Assembly (NCBI GenBank): GCA_041554155.1
Contig: JBFFMI010000001.1
Span: 1 to 62,622 of the forward strand
Length of the DNA stretch: 62,622 nucleotides
DNA from: Anaerolineales bacterium
Lineage (GTDB): Bacteria; Chloroflexota; Anaerolineae; Anaerolineales; E44-bin32
Direction: 5' to 3'
Shown piece after piece: positions 9,412 to 18,617 of this stretch (the first letter of the stretch is position 1; the number at the start of each line of letters is the position of its first letter). The notes under the pieces are model-generated. The model was not told the DNA's origin and did no database searches. It was given only the letters and a program-made list of their open reading frames with translations. Position numbers and translations under genes: made by a program.

Positions 9412-10386
9412 TTATTCTTCAGTCCCCGGTGCATTTTCAAGAACTTCCTCAATACGTTCTAGCACCTCTGGAGTCAGTTTCTCCAGTAACTCGACGGCGC
9501 CCAGATTGTCTTCCAGGTGCTCGAGTCGGGTTGCGCCTGTGATCACGCTGCTTACTTGAGGGATCCGGAGCAACCAGGCAATCGCTAGCTGGGCCATGCT
9601 GGCCCCCAGCTCGTCGGCTACTTGCGTCAATTCTCGAACCAATTCTACCCGCTCCGGTGTTACGACCTTCTCTCCCCACTCCCGTTCGCGGGTGAGCCTG
9701 GTCTCCTGCTCGGGATCCCCTTGATTGTATTTTCCGCTCAGCAACCCGAATTTCAGCGGACTCCATGTGACCATCCCGAACCCGAAATCACTGGAAGCTG
9801 GAACCAGCTCGTCTTCAAGCTTTTTTCTTACAAGCATGTTGTATTGCGGTTGCTCAACCATCGGGGCATACCCACCCACCTGATGAGCGATCCCATGTGC
9901 GTTAGCAATCTGGGCGGCACGCCATTCAGAAGTACCCCAGTAGAGCACTTTACCCTGGCGGATGAGATCATCCATCGCCCGCACGACTTCGTCCAGAGGC
10001 GTTTCTTCATCGTAGCGATGGCAGAAGTACAAATCCAGGTAATCGAGTCCCATCCTTTTAAGAGAGGCCTCGCAAGATTCCATGATGTGCTTTCTGGAGA
10101 GACCCTTGCCAGTAGGTCCGGGCATCGTGCGCCAGAAGACTTTGCTTGAAACGACCAAGCCCTCGCGCGGGAGATCTTTAATAGCTGCTCCCATCACCTG
10201 CTCTGCTTTACCATTGGCGTAGATATCTGCGTTGTCAAAAAAGTTAACCCCGGCGTCATAAGCCCGGTGGATTAGATCGCTCGCCATAGTCGCATCGATT
10301 TGATCACCAAAAGTCACCCAGGCACCAAGCGAGATGGCGCTTAGTCTTAACCCGGTGCGTCCCATATTGCGATACTCCACATGCAC
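9412..10386 (-). CDS. Aldo/keto reductase (Kv-beta-like subfamily)
   Basis: Full-length AKR signature: GLRLSAISLGAW, FFDNADIYANGKAE, YLDLYFCHR, GKVLYWGTSEW. Confidence 0.85.
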   Translation of the reverse strand: MHVEYRNMGRTGLRLSAISLGAWVTFGDQIDATMASDLIHRAYDAGVNFFDNADIYANGKAEQVMGAAIKDLPREGLVVSSKVFWRTMPGPTGKGLSRKHIMESCEASLKRMGLDYLDLYFCHRYDEETPLDEVVRAMDDLIRQGKVLYWGTSEWRAAQIANAHGIAHQVGGYAPMVEQPQYNMLVRKKLEDELVPASSDFGFGMVTWSPLKFGLLSGKYNQGDPEQETRLTREREWGEKVVTPERVELVRELTQVADELGASMAQLAIAWLLRIPQVSSVITGATRLEHLEDNLGAVELLEKLTPEVLERIEEVLENAPGTEE

Positions 10387-10547
10387 CTCCTGTACGTTAG
10401 GACCTACGTTCTATGCCGCCGGGATTATAACCCGACCTAAGCTATGGTTAATTGCCCAGAGGGATATGAAGCTCTGCTCAACGCTCTTTAATTTGCGAGT
10501 CGAGAAATTTTATCTCCAGTCGAAGCTCCCCAAAACAGGAGGTTGCT

Positions 10548-11483
10548 ATGAGTACGTCAGAAGGTAAGGGAATTAGCCTCGAACGCATTCTTATTATCGT
10601 TTTAGCTGTTTTACTTCTTATGGCTTTGTTCTATATCGCTTTCACAATGGGACGCAGGAGCGCACCGGCCTCACCGCAAGTTGATAGCGCCGCAGAACAA
10701 CCGGGGTCTGAAGAGCTTCCACCCTCCGCTGATGAAGGCCAAGAAGCAGTACAACCAGGCGACGAACCAGCGGGGGATGAACTATCTGCGCCAGCTGCCG
10801 AAGCCAGCCCAACTTCAGGGGCTCGTCGTCTTGAGCTCGAGCCGACACCTACCCCCTTTGCTGTAAGTGATCCAGAAGATCCGCGCTCGCTGCTCGATCT
10901 GGCCAACCCCGATTACGTCGACTACTTCAACAATCCGGATAACTGGTACGACTATGAAACCGAGAATATCGCCGCCTATCGTGTCGAGGGCGGGCACCTA
11001 TTCGGGATTGATTATGATCCCCTGAATAAAGGCGTTTACTGGTCCTACACCTCGATGCAGTCTGGCCGGGTGTACGCTGAGATCAGCGCCACCAATGGGG
11101 ATTGCGCTGGGAGAGATGCAGTGGGCTTTACCATCCGCATTGATCCACAAAAGACACCCAGCGGCTATGCCTTTGAGGTCTCGTGTGATGGTGCCTGGCG
11201 ATTGCTTCGCTATCGCGAATCGGGACCAACTGCAACACAGGTGGATTGGACTGCATCAGATGCGATCAATAAAGGCCTGGGCGCGACCAATCGACTCGGT
11301 ATTTGGGGTTACGACGGCAAGTTTTATCTGTTTGTTAACGGTTTTGAAGTTGGGGAGCACTGGGACTCGGGCATGCCCTATAGCTTTGGTTACTTTGCTG
11401 CATATGTGCGTTCTGCGGTCACCTATGATCTAACAGCAACATTTGACGATTTTGCCTTTTGGAATATACCATTTATTCCATGA
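10548..11483 (+). CDS. Membrane-anchored secreted protein, paralog 1 (TM + acidic/Pro linker + about 200-aa ConA/LamG-like beta domain, tentative fold)
   Basis: AGGAGG SD. N-terminal TM. C-terminal domain has DCAGRDAVGF..GYAFEVSCDG..FDDFAFW, shared with the next two genes. Confidence 0.6.
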   Translation: MSTSEGKGISLERILIIVLAVLLLMALFYIAFTMGRRSAPASPQVDSAAEQPGSEELPPSADEGQEAVQPGDEPAGDELSAPAAEASPTSGARRLELEPTPTPFAVSDPEDPRSLLDLANPDYVDYFNNPDNWYDYETENIAAYRVEGGHLFGIDYDPLNKGVYWSYTSMQSGRVYAEISATNGDCAGRDAVGFTIRIDPQKTPSGYAFEVSCDGAWRLLRYRESGPTATQVDWTASDAINKGLGATNRLGIWGYDGKFYLFVNGFEVGEHWDSGMPYSFGYFAAYVRSAVTYDLTATFDDFAFWNIPFIP

Positions 11484-12316
11484 AGCCTTATCACAACCTA
11501 ATAATTGCTTTAGCATTTCTTCTTACGCTCACGGCCTGCACCCGGACCGCACCTGTAGGGGAACCGCTGCAAGATGGACAAGAGGCAGCGGTTCCTCCTC
11601 AGCTTACATTTCCAACCAATACGCCTCCGCCCACAGCCACGGCAATCATCACGCCATCACCAGTCGCCAGCGAGACACCCACAACAGAGCCCACGGACAT
11701 TCCCACGGCTATTCCCCTTGATGAGGATGATCCACGCTATGGTCTCAATCTGTCCGCCCCAGATTACCGGGACGAGTTTGATTCCGATGTCACCTGGGTT
11801 GGTCCCAGCTTTGAGGGAGCCGCAAATATCACCACGGGCGGGGTACACCGCGCCACCGATTACCTCGCTGATTCCTTTCTTTGGTGGAGTACGACGATAC
11901 CGGATATTGACGCTGGTAATATCTATACCGAAATTGTTGCGCAGGTCGACGATTGTTCGGGAAAGGACGCTTACGGGCTTGCGGTCCGGGTTGAACCCGA
12001 GAATCGCGATAGCGGCTATATGCTTGAGTTTTCCTGTGATGGGGCATTCCGGCTTCGAAAGCTCTTCGGCGGAACTATCCAGACGCTAATTGATTGGACG
12101 ACCTCGCTTTCGATTGCCACGGATGGCAGCGACAATACCATGGGCTTGCTTGCAGTCGGCAATCAGCTCGCAGCGTTTGCTAATGGCGAATTTCTGGGTC
12201 AGGCAGAAGATTCGACTTTTTTCTCCGGGAATTACGGGCTCTATGCAAATGCGCAGGTGACCCCTGGTCTAAGTGTCGCATTCGATCATTTCAAACTCTG
12301 GTATGTAACTCCCTGA
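11480..12316 (+). CDS. Lipoprotein, paralog 2 of the same family
   Basis: ATGA stop/start overlap with paralog 1. Lipobox LTLTAC and a PT-rich linker. DCSGKDAYGL..GYMLEFSCDG..FDHFKLW. Confidence 0.6.
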   Translation: MKPYHNLIIALAFLLTLTACTRTAPVGEPLQDGQEAAVPPQLTFPTNTPPPTATAIITPSPVASETPTTEPTDIPTAIPLDEDDPRYGLNLSAPDYRDEFDSDVTWVGPSFEGAANITTGGVHRATDYLADSFLWWSTTIPDIDAGNIYTEIVAQVDDCSGKDAYGLAVRVEPENRDSGYMLEFSCDGAFRLRKLFGGTIQTLIDWTTSLSIATDGSDNTMGLLAVGNQLAAFANGEFLGQAEDSTFFSGNYGLYANAQVTPGLSVAFDHFKLWYVTP

Positions 12317-12372
12317 TTGACCAAGCTTCCATCTTGATGCTTTCTGCCGCCATCTCCGGATGGATGAGTCTG

Positions 12373-12402
12373 TTGCAACCTGATTAGTAGCCCAGGTTGC
12401 AA
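12373..12402 (+). terminator. Terminator-like hairpin (no T-run)
   Basis: Perfect 10-bp stem TTGCAACCTG/CAGGTTGCAA with a 10-nt loop, between paralogs 2 and 3. Confidence 0.4.
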
Positions 12403-12466
12403 GCACCCTTATAATGGCAATGGATTATTCGTTCAATCAAGATATCTGCTGACTATGTAATGCGTC

Positions 12467-13255
12467 ATGTCACCATCACGAGATCCCTTACTCTTGTTCG
12501 TGGCCGGTTGCTTATTCCTTTCCGGGTGCATTGGCGTTGACGCGCAGCCCATGCCTACACAGACTCCTTCGCCTGTTGCTCCTAGCCCAACCGTTGCTTT
12601 CCCCACACTCCTTCCCACTTCAACTTTTACCCCTCTTCCTACAGGTACCGCCACGCCGGACCTATCGTCCAGTCCGGGCAATACCTTCTTTGCAGACAGG
12701 TTCTCAGGAGACTTGAATTGGGCACAAGCCGCACTCGCACCAGGCGGATTGAGCCTCGCCCAGGGGCGCCTGGTGATTTCTGTGCGCCAGGCGAACAGTC
12801 TTTATATGGCGATCAGCCCTGCCGATCCAGTCCCCAACACATATCTCGAAGTTGATGTTCGACCGGAAATATGTTTGGACAACGATGAGTTTGGTCTGGC
12901 ATTCAGGATCAATGAAGACTTCGAGCATTACCGCTTCACCCTGACGTGTGACGGCCAAGCCCGGGTTGTGGGGGTTGTTGAGGGAGTCGAGCGCATACTT
13001 ATCCCCAGCACTGACTCTGATGCGATATTTCCAGGTCTTTTTCTTACCAATCGTCTCGGCGTACAGATGGAGGATGATCAATTTCGGTTTTACATCAACG
13101 GCGAGGAGCTATTCAGCGATCGCGATCTCAGCCTGCCCTCTGGTCGGTTCGGTCTCGTGGTACGAGCCCGCCAGAGTGGACAAACAACAGCTTCCTTCGA
13201 CAACTTCAGCATCCGACTACTTCAGCCGCCAACTACCAACACGCCCTCGGATTGA
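12467..13255 (+). CDS. Lipoprotein, paralog 3 of the same family
   Basis: Lipobox FLSGC and a PT-rich linker. CLDNDEFGLAF..YRFTLTCDG..FDNFSIRL. Confidence 0.6.
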   Translation: MSPSRDPLLLFVAGCLFLSGCIGVDAQPMPTQTPSPVAPSPTVAFPTLLPTSTFTPLPTGTATPDLSSSPGNTFFADRFSGDLNWAQAALAPGGLSLAQGRLVISVRQANSLYMAISPADPVPNTYLEVDVRPEICLDNDEFGLAFRINEDFEHYRFTLTCDGQARVVGVVEGVERILIPSTDSDAIFPGLFLTNRLGVQMEDDQFRFYINGEELFSDRDLSLPSGRFGLVVRARQSGQTTASFDNFSIRLLQPPTTNTPSD

Positions 13256-13259
13256 GCAA

Positions 13260-14105
13260 ATGACGGCAAAACGCCCCTTCAAGAACAAACTTAATGATTT
13301 GAACCCAAAGCAGTGGATTAAATTTCAAAAATCTTGGTTCATCCATAACCCTCCCCCGCGCAAAAAAGATGTCGTGCGTCACCCGGCAAAATTCCCTGAA
13401 ACCCTTGCCCAGAGTTTCATTGAATTTTTCACCAAGCAGGGCGACACTGTGCTTGACCCCATGGCCGGTACCGGTTCAACGTTAATCGCTTGCCTGCGGG
13501 CAGGACGACATAGTGTTGGCATTGAGCTCAATCCCGAATATGCCGCAATAGCACGTGAGCTCATCGAGCAAGAGGGGCGAGCCCTTGGAAAGTCGGCTGC
13601 AAGCCTGCGAGCAGAAGTATTCACCGGCGATGCCGCTCTTGCTGAAGAATATAGCCTACCGATGATTGATTATTTATTTACCTCTCCTCCGTATTGGAAT
13701 ATGCTGCATGCCCGGGGTGCAGAGACTCAGAAAAAACGACGCTCATCAGCCAGCATGGATGTGGTCTATTCAGACAACCCATCCGATCTCGGCAACATTG
13801 AAGACTACCAGGAATTCCTTGATCGGTTGGTAGATATTTATGCGGCACTTCTGCAGTATTTAAAACCCCAGGCCTACTTGACCATCATCGTAAAGAATTT
13901 AAAGAAGGGTGGTCGGATATATCCCCTTGCATGGGATCTGGCGCAGAGGTTAAGCACCTTCCTGACTTTAAAGGATGAGCGTATTTGGCTCCAGGATAAC
14001 GTGCCGCTCGCACCCTATGGCATGGGCAATGCCTGGGTAAGCAATATCCATCATCACTATTGTCTCCAGTTTCGATATGAGCCTGACCCCCATCCGGATC
14101 GATAG
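13260..14105 (+). CDS. N4/N6 DNA methyltransferase (PF01555-like) with permuted motif order; SPPY motif suggests m4C (inference)
   Basis: HPAKFPETLAQSFIEFF..GDTVLDPMAGTGSTLIA..GIELNPEY (motifs X/I/II) lies N-terminal to LFTSPPYW (motif IV). ATG 13260 is 4 nt after the paralog 3 stop. The longer track ORF from 12948 overlaps paralog 3 and is rejected. Confidence 0.7.
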   Translation: MTAKRPFKNKLNDLNPKQWIKFQKSWFIHNPPPRKKDVVRHPAKFPETLAQSFIEFFTKQGDTVLDPMAGTGSTLIACLRAGRHSVGIELNPEYAAIARELIEQEGRALGKSAASLRAEVFTGDAALAEEYSLPMIDYLFTSPPYWNMLHARGAETQKKRRSSASMDVVYSDNPSDLGNIEDYQEFLDRLVDIYAALLQYLKPQAYLTIIVKNLKKGGRIYPLAWDLAQRLSTFLTLKDERIWLQDNVPLAPYGMGNAWVSNIHHHYCLQFRYEPDPHPDR

Positions 14106-14247
14106 ACCAAGCACACCAGGCACTCCTCTCGCTCACATTTACAACGCGTGATCATGCGATCCGGTTAGCAGTCAGGCTTGCGCCTTCTTCGACTGGCATG
14201 TATGCTTGGCGGCTGAGTGCAATCCCACATACAGGAAATACCAAATA

Positions 14248-14892
14248 ATGTACATAGCAATCGAAGGCGTTATCGGGGTTGGGAAAACTTCCCTGACACG
14301 TTTGTTGCAGCCTGAATTTCAATCGGAAATTATCCTGGAGATATTTGAGGAGAATCCTTTTCTCAGTGACTTTTATGGGGATCGCAAACGCTATGCTTTC
14401 CAGACACAAATCTTCTTTTTGTTGAGCCGATACCGGCAACAACGCGAGGCGATTCCCAATCTGCTGGCAAAAGGGAACCTGCTCTCAGATTACACCTTCG
14501 AGAAGGATGCGATCTTCGCCCACCTGAATCTATCCGGTGATGAGCTGGAAACCTACAACCTCGTACATGAAGCCCTCGCCGAAAGGATACAGAGGCCCGA
14601 TCTGATTGTGTATTTGCGCGCCGAGACGGAGACCGCCATGCAGCGTATTGCCATGCGTGACCGTTCCTATGAGAGAAACATGGATCGCGAGTATATCAAC
14701 CAACTCAATCGTGCCTATGAGGAATTCTTTAGTGGCTACAAAGGGACCAATGTGCTCGCCCTCGATACAACACCGCTCGATTTTGTTGCCAGCAAAGAAC
14801 ACCTGCACGTGATCATCAATCGAATAAAAGGCAGCCTTGGAATACCCCCTTATCAACAAGAATTACCACTTCAAAACGAGAGCGACGCGTGA
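14248..14892 (+). CDS. Deoxynucleoside kinase (dAK/dCK/dGK family)
   Basis: MYIAIEGVIGVGKTS P-loop, FQTQIFFLLSRY, DR-type motif and LRAETETAMQRIAMRDRSYE lid. Confidence 0.85.
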   Translation: MYIAIEGVIGVGKTSLTRLLQPEFQSEIILEIFEENPFLSDFYGDRKRYAFQTQIFFLLSRYRQQREAIPNLLAKGNLLSDYTFEKDAIFAHLNLSGDELETYNLVHEALAERIQRPDLIVYLRAETETAMQRIAMRDRSYERNMDREYINQLNRAYEEFFSGYKGTNVLALDTTPLDFVASKEHLHVIINRIKGSLGIPPYQQELPLQNESDA

Positions 14893-15881
14893 AGATTGAC
14901 CGCCAGCACTTGATCGATCTGGCACGGGATGAGACACTCCGGCGTGCCAATCATGGTGATGTTCTATCAGGATATCTTATGGGCACTGTGGCAGGAGGTG
15001 ATCCTCTCCTGGGAGACACAGCCGATATCGATCTTGTGTTAATCCATCAAGCTGCTCCACCTTTGGCGCGCGAAGCAGTGCGCTTATCCCACCAAGTTCA
15101 TTTTGACATTACCCACCATCCTAAAGACCTCTACATGAAACCCAGTGACCTGCGTATTGATCCATGGCTGGGACCTGCACTTTGTGAGCCGATTTTTCTT
15201 CACGATCCTGAGCATTTCTTCGAATGGGCCCAAGCCGGTGCAAGGGGACAGTTCTTCAGACCCGATCACGTCCATGCACGGGCCACCGCTTTTATAAAAC
15301 GTGCACGGCAGGGGCACTCCCTTCTCGGTTTGTCGCAACGCTGGTTGAAGATATACCTGCGGGCGGTGATGGAAACCGCAAATGCGGTCGCGTCACTGGA
15401 TCGCTTCCCCGCGAGTGGTCGGCGTCTCGCACTCGATCTCGCCCGGCAGGCGGAGCACTTCGATTACGCCGGGCTTTATACAGATTTTCAGAGACTCATC
15501 GGCGGTGATTTGCTCTCAAGCTGGGATATCCCGAATACCCTTGCCGTATGGGCCCGTGCCTACGATACTGCATCCGAGGGTCCCTCAGCACAAAGCAATC
15601 CCCCATGCCGCCGCGATTATTACCTGCACGGATTCCAGGCCATGGTCGAAGATGGATCCGCAGATTCTATTCTGTGGCCGTTGCTGCAAATCTGGGAACG
15701 CGTCATGGCCTCGCTCGAAGAGACAGAAGAGAACCAGCCCCATTTCCAGGGCTGGCAAAACTTTCTGGAAGAGATCGGTTTGAGCGAAGCGGATAAGGAT
15801 CAGCGCAGCCAGATGCTTCATGCTACGATTGAAGCGAATGCTGCCTGGATCGAGCAATGGGCTGCCAGGAACGGAGCATGA
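14889..15881 (+). CDS. Pol-beta-superfamily nucleotidyltransferase-domain protein with helical C-terminal domain, function unknown
   Basis: G(T/S)-x9-13-DxD pattern: MGTVAGGDPLLGDTADIDLVLIH, with a possible third acidic residue in HFDITH. GTGA overlap upstream and ATGA overlap downstream. Confidence 0.5.
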   Translation: MKIDRQHLIDLARDETLRRANHGDVLSGYLMGTVAGGDPLLGDTADIDLVLIHQAAPPLAREAVRLSHQVHFDITHHPKDLYMKPSDLRIDPWLGPALCEPIFLHDPEHFFEWAQAGARGQFFRPDHVHARATAFIKRARQGHSLLGLSQRWLKIYLRAVMETANAVASLDRFPASGRRLALDLARQAEHFDYAGLYTDFQRLIGGDLLSSWDIPNTLAVWARAYDTASEGPSAQSNPPCRRDYYLHGFQAMVEDGSADSILWPLLQIWERVMASLEETEENQPHFQGWQNFLEEIGLSEADKDQRSQMLHATIEANAAWIEQWAARNGA

Positions 15882-16573
15882 GCAAAACATCTATGTCGAC
15901 CGAACCCAAACGTTTTGTAGCCGTGGCCGGCAACATCGGTGTGGGAAAGTCCACGCTTGTTGACCTACTGTCAAAGAACCTGGGCTGGTCGCCCTTTTAT
16001 GAACCTGTCGGTGACAATCCCTATCTCGCAGACTTTTATGCGGACATGACTGCCTGGGCTTTTCAATCTCAGATCTTCTTTCTCACTCGAAGACTTTCTG
16101 CCCACCGTGCCCTATTGGATCATCCTACATCAGCCATACAGGATCGCAGCGTTTATGAGGATGCAGAAATTTTTGCCCATAACCTCTTCCTGCAGGGCAA
16201 TATGACGGAGCGTGATTATCGATCCTATCGTGAGCTCTACCTCGTGCTGGCCCAATTTCTTCCACCACCCGATTTGGTGATCTATTTGCGCGCTTCCGTT
16301 GACACGTTGATGGAGCGCATCGCATTGAGAGGCCGTGAGTACGAGCGCAAGATTGAACCACTGTATCTGAAACGGTTAAACGATCTGTATGAAACCTGGA
16401 TTGATAAGTTCACCCTCTGCCCGGTGCTTACCGTTCCTTCCGATGATCTGGATTACGTTGCCCATGATTCCCATTTGAACTTAATTGTTGAAAAGATCGT
16501 GGAAAAGATTGCTGGCAAGGATCAAGTGGTCTTTGCAGATGACGAAGTGGCCCGTATAAACGGTTTCACGTAA
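15878..16573 (+). CDS. Deoxynucleoside kinase (second paralog)
   Basis: VAVAGNIGVGKSTL P-loop, FQSQIFFLTRR, DRSVYED and LRASVDTLMERIALRGREYE. The start overlaps the upstream stop (ATGA). Confidence 0.85.
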   Translation: MSKTSMSTEPKRFVAVAGNIGVGKSTLVDLLSKNLGWSPFYEPVGDNPYLADFYADMTAWAFQSQIFFLTRRLSAHRALLDHPTSAIQDRSVYEDAEIFAHNLFLQGNMTERDYRSYRELYLVLAQFLPPPDLVIYLRASVDTLMERIALRGREYERKIEPLYLKRLNDLYETWIDKFTLCPVLTVPSDDLDYVAHDSHLNLIVEKIVEKIAGKDQVVFADDEVARINGFT

Positions 16574-16600
16574 TAGCGCCCTCCTTCTCCGATGAACAAA

Positions 16601-16628
16601 AAGAGAGCCCAACTAATTGGGCTCTCTT
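16601..16628. terminator. Bidirectional rho-independent terminator
   Basis: AAGAGAGCCCAA-CTAA-TTGGGCTCTCTT, a perfect 12-bp stem flanked by an A-run and T-rich sequence, between convergent genes. Confidence 0.75.
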
Positions 16629-16649
16629 CGCTTATTGTCGAGGCTAGGT

Positions 16650-16976
16650 TTACCCCCAGCCCTGTCCTTTTATGAAATTCGTGATGACCGGGATTTCTGT
16701 ATAGTTTCCCTTAAAGGAATCATAGGCCGGCCACAGAGTCACCAACCACAGTACAGGCGCGCATATGCCCGCGAGCCCTAAAGTTACTGTGATCAAGAGT
16801 ATGATCAAGACCCAGATCGCGATATTCAATGCGATCGACTGCACTGCGTGGAACCGTAAGAAGGGGATATTCTTCTTTTCTTCCATCAGCAACACAATGA
16901 TCGAAATGATGGGGATAGGATATCCCAGAGCTGCCCACAGCTTATCGTCACTGCTTACTTGAGGTTGTTCATCCAT
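16650..16976 (-). CDS. Small integral membrane protein (DUF4870-like)
   Basis: Three predicted TM helices. The pattern YPIPIISIIVLLMEEKKN.FLRFHAVQSIALNI is typical of this family. Confidence 0.5.
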   Translation of the reverse strand: MDEQPQVSSDDKLWAALGYPIPIISIIVLLMEEKKNIPFLRFHAVQSIALNIAIWVLIILLITVTLGLAGICAPVLWLVTLWPAYDSFKGNYTEIPVITNFIKGQGWG

Positions 16977-17122
16977 GGTTTATCTTTCCTCCGTGCTTTA
17001 TTTGTGGTGCAAAGGATAAGGAAACATTCTCTTGCAAGAAAACCTGCCACATAACCGTATTCCCGATTCATACCAATTAACCCCTATTTTCCAGTAAAGA
17101 TATGATTGATTCTTTTTCCTCC

Positions 17123-17151
17123 TTGCTGAGTTAGTTTGAATCCTGTACAAT
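17123..17151 (+). promoter_or_regulatory. Sigma-70-type promoter for spoVS
   Basis: TTGCTG-17 nt-TACAAT, about 60 nt upstream of ATG 17211. GGAGAG SD lies before the start. Confidence 0.6.
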
Positions 17152-17210
17152 GCGGAAACCGACACCGGTTATCGGGCGATGTCGTTTCAACCGCCAATGG
17201 AGAGAGCCCG

Positions 17211-17471
17211 ATGAACATCATAAAGGTCTCGTCCGAATCACGCACCTCGGCAGTTGCGGGTGCAATTGCTGGTGTCGTGCGCGAACACCATCGAGCAGAA
17301 GTCCAGGCAATTGGAGCGGGGGCCGTCAATCAAGCAGTGAAGGCAGTCGCCATTGCGCGCGGCTACCTTCAAGAAGATGGCTTCGATATCATCTGCATCC
17401 CGGAATTCACTACCGTTGATATTAGCGGTAAGGAACGTACCGCATTACGCTTTGTTGTAGAACCCCGCTGA
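17211..17471 (+). CDS. spoVS: Stage V sporulation protein S family protein
   Basis: 86 aa, MNIIKVSSESRTSAVAGAIAGVVREHHRAEVQAIGAGAVNQAVKAVAIARGYL, a near-canonical SpoVS sequence. Confidence 0.85.
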   Translation: MNIIKVSSESRTSAVAGAIAGVVREHHRAEVQAIGAGAVNQAVKAVAIARGYLQEDGFDIICIPEFTTVDISGKERTALRFVVEPR

Positions 17472-17525
17472 ATTTCTATTCCCTCCCAGCCACAACTCTA
17501 TTCTTCCCGAATGACCCCTCCCGGG

Positions 17526-18539
17526 CTACAAACTGGGTATTTCCAGCATCAGGACTTCCAACGTCAGTCGTATATTGGCGGAGCGCTCAATGGCCTGTTT
17601 AGCCTCTTGTATGGCTTTTATGCAGTTTATAATTTCCCGGGATGTTAGCGTCCTGCCAAGCTTCTCAATCAGCGCAATTTGATCAGCGTTGCCAATGGTG
17701 ACGCCAGGATTGTAGCTCCTTTGTAGCGCATCATGCCATATCCCCATCCAGCTCTGAAGTAGTTCCAGCACCATTATTCGCTGTGTGTCTAAATCCACGC
17801 GTTCCTGTACTTTAGGCAAAAATTTTTCGATGAAAGTAAAACGCTCCCCCCTCGATGAGTGCAGGATTTCCGCTAGTTTTTCAATCCTCTCAAGCCGGCT
17901 TTCGAGTAAAGAAGGGTCATCAAGATACTGTAATGCCAACCTGGGGCGGCCTTGCGCTATACTGGCTATCAAATGTGCTTGCTCGTCGGGCACATCCTTG
18001 CTGCCGATCCCTTCGACTATGGCATCCTTTGCTACCGCCCTCAAGGGTATATGCTCGCAGCGCGATACGATCGTTGGCAGCAAAGACTCTGCGTCGATCG
18101 CAGTGATCACGATGATCACACTCGCACTCGGTTCTTCCAATGTTTTCAGAAAGGCGTTCGCCGCCTTATCCGTGGCAATTTCAAAGTCCGGTATAAGTGC
18201 AATCCGCCAGCGTCCTTCAAAGGGCGAGAGTGCAAGCTGCTTGAGGAACTCCCTAACTTGCTCGACTTTAATCGATCTTGAATCCTCTTCCGGTTCGAGA
18301 ACGTGAAAATCGGGGTATGCGCCAGCTGGAATCAAACGGCACGCCCGGCACGCACCACAGCTTTCCCCAGGACTATCTGCATGCGCACAATTTAACGCAA
18401 TAGCAAACTGGGTTGCCAGGGTCCTTTTACCGACCCCATTCTCCCCACTGATTAAGTACGCATGGCGTACTTGACCTGTGTTAATATGCTTTTTGAGTAG
18501 GGTTTCGGCCCATTTATGACCGATCATGTCCCATGACAT
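17526..18539 (-). CDS. holB: DNA polymerase III subunit delta-prime
   Basis: HAYLISGENGVGKRTLA P-loop-like motif, CGACRACRLI zinc module, and an SRC motif within TIVSRCEHIPL. ATG at 18539 (MSWDMIGH). Confidence 0.8.
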   Translation of the reverse strand: MSWDMIGHKWAETLLKKHINTGQVRHAYLISGENGVGKRTLATQFAIALNCAHADSPGESCGACRACRLIPAGAYPDFHVLEPEEDSRSIKVEQVREFLKQLALSPFEGRWRIALIPDFEIATDKAANAFLKTLEEPSASVIIVITAIDAESLLPTIVSRCEHIPLRAVAKDAIVEGIGSKDVPDEQAHLIASIAQGRPRLALQYLDDPSLLESRLERIEKLAEILHSSRGERFTFIEKFLPKVQERVDLDTQRIMVLELLQSWMGIWHDALQRSYNPGVTIGNADQIALIEKLGRTLTSREIINCIKAIQEAKQAIERSANIRLTLEVLMLEIPSL

Positions 18540-18617
18540 AGTTAGATTTGTACCAGACCTGAGATTGGGCCACAAGCTCGACAGGGTATAATCGCCATAC
18601 GAAAGAATCGAGGTGAT

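Noticed and set aside
12948-13259. The 5' extension of the methyltransferase ORF (track start 12948).
   Set aside because: It overlaps the conserved C-terminal domain of lipoprotein paralog 3 in another frame. Methyltransferase homology begins at ATG 13260.
13260-14105. The methyltransferase as part of a restriction-modification system.
   Set aside because: No endonuclease, specificity subunit or helicase gene lies on either side. It is treated as an orphan methyltransferase.
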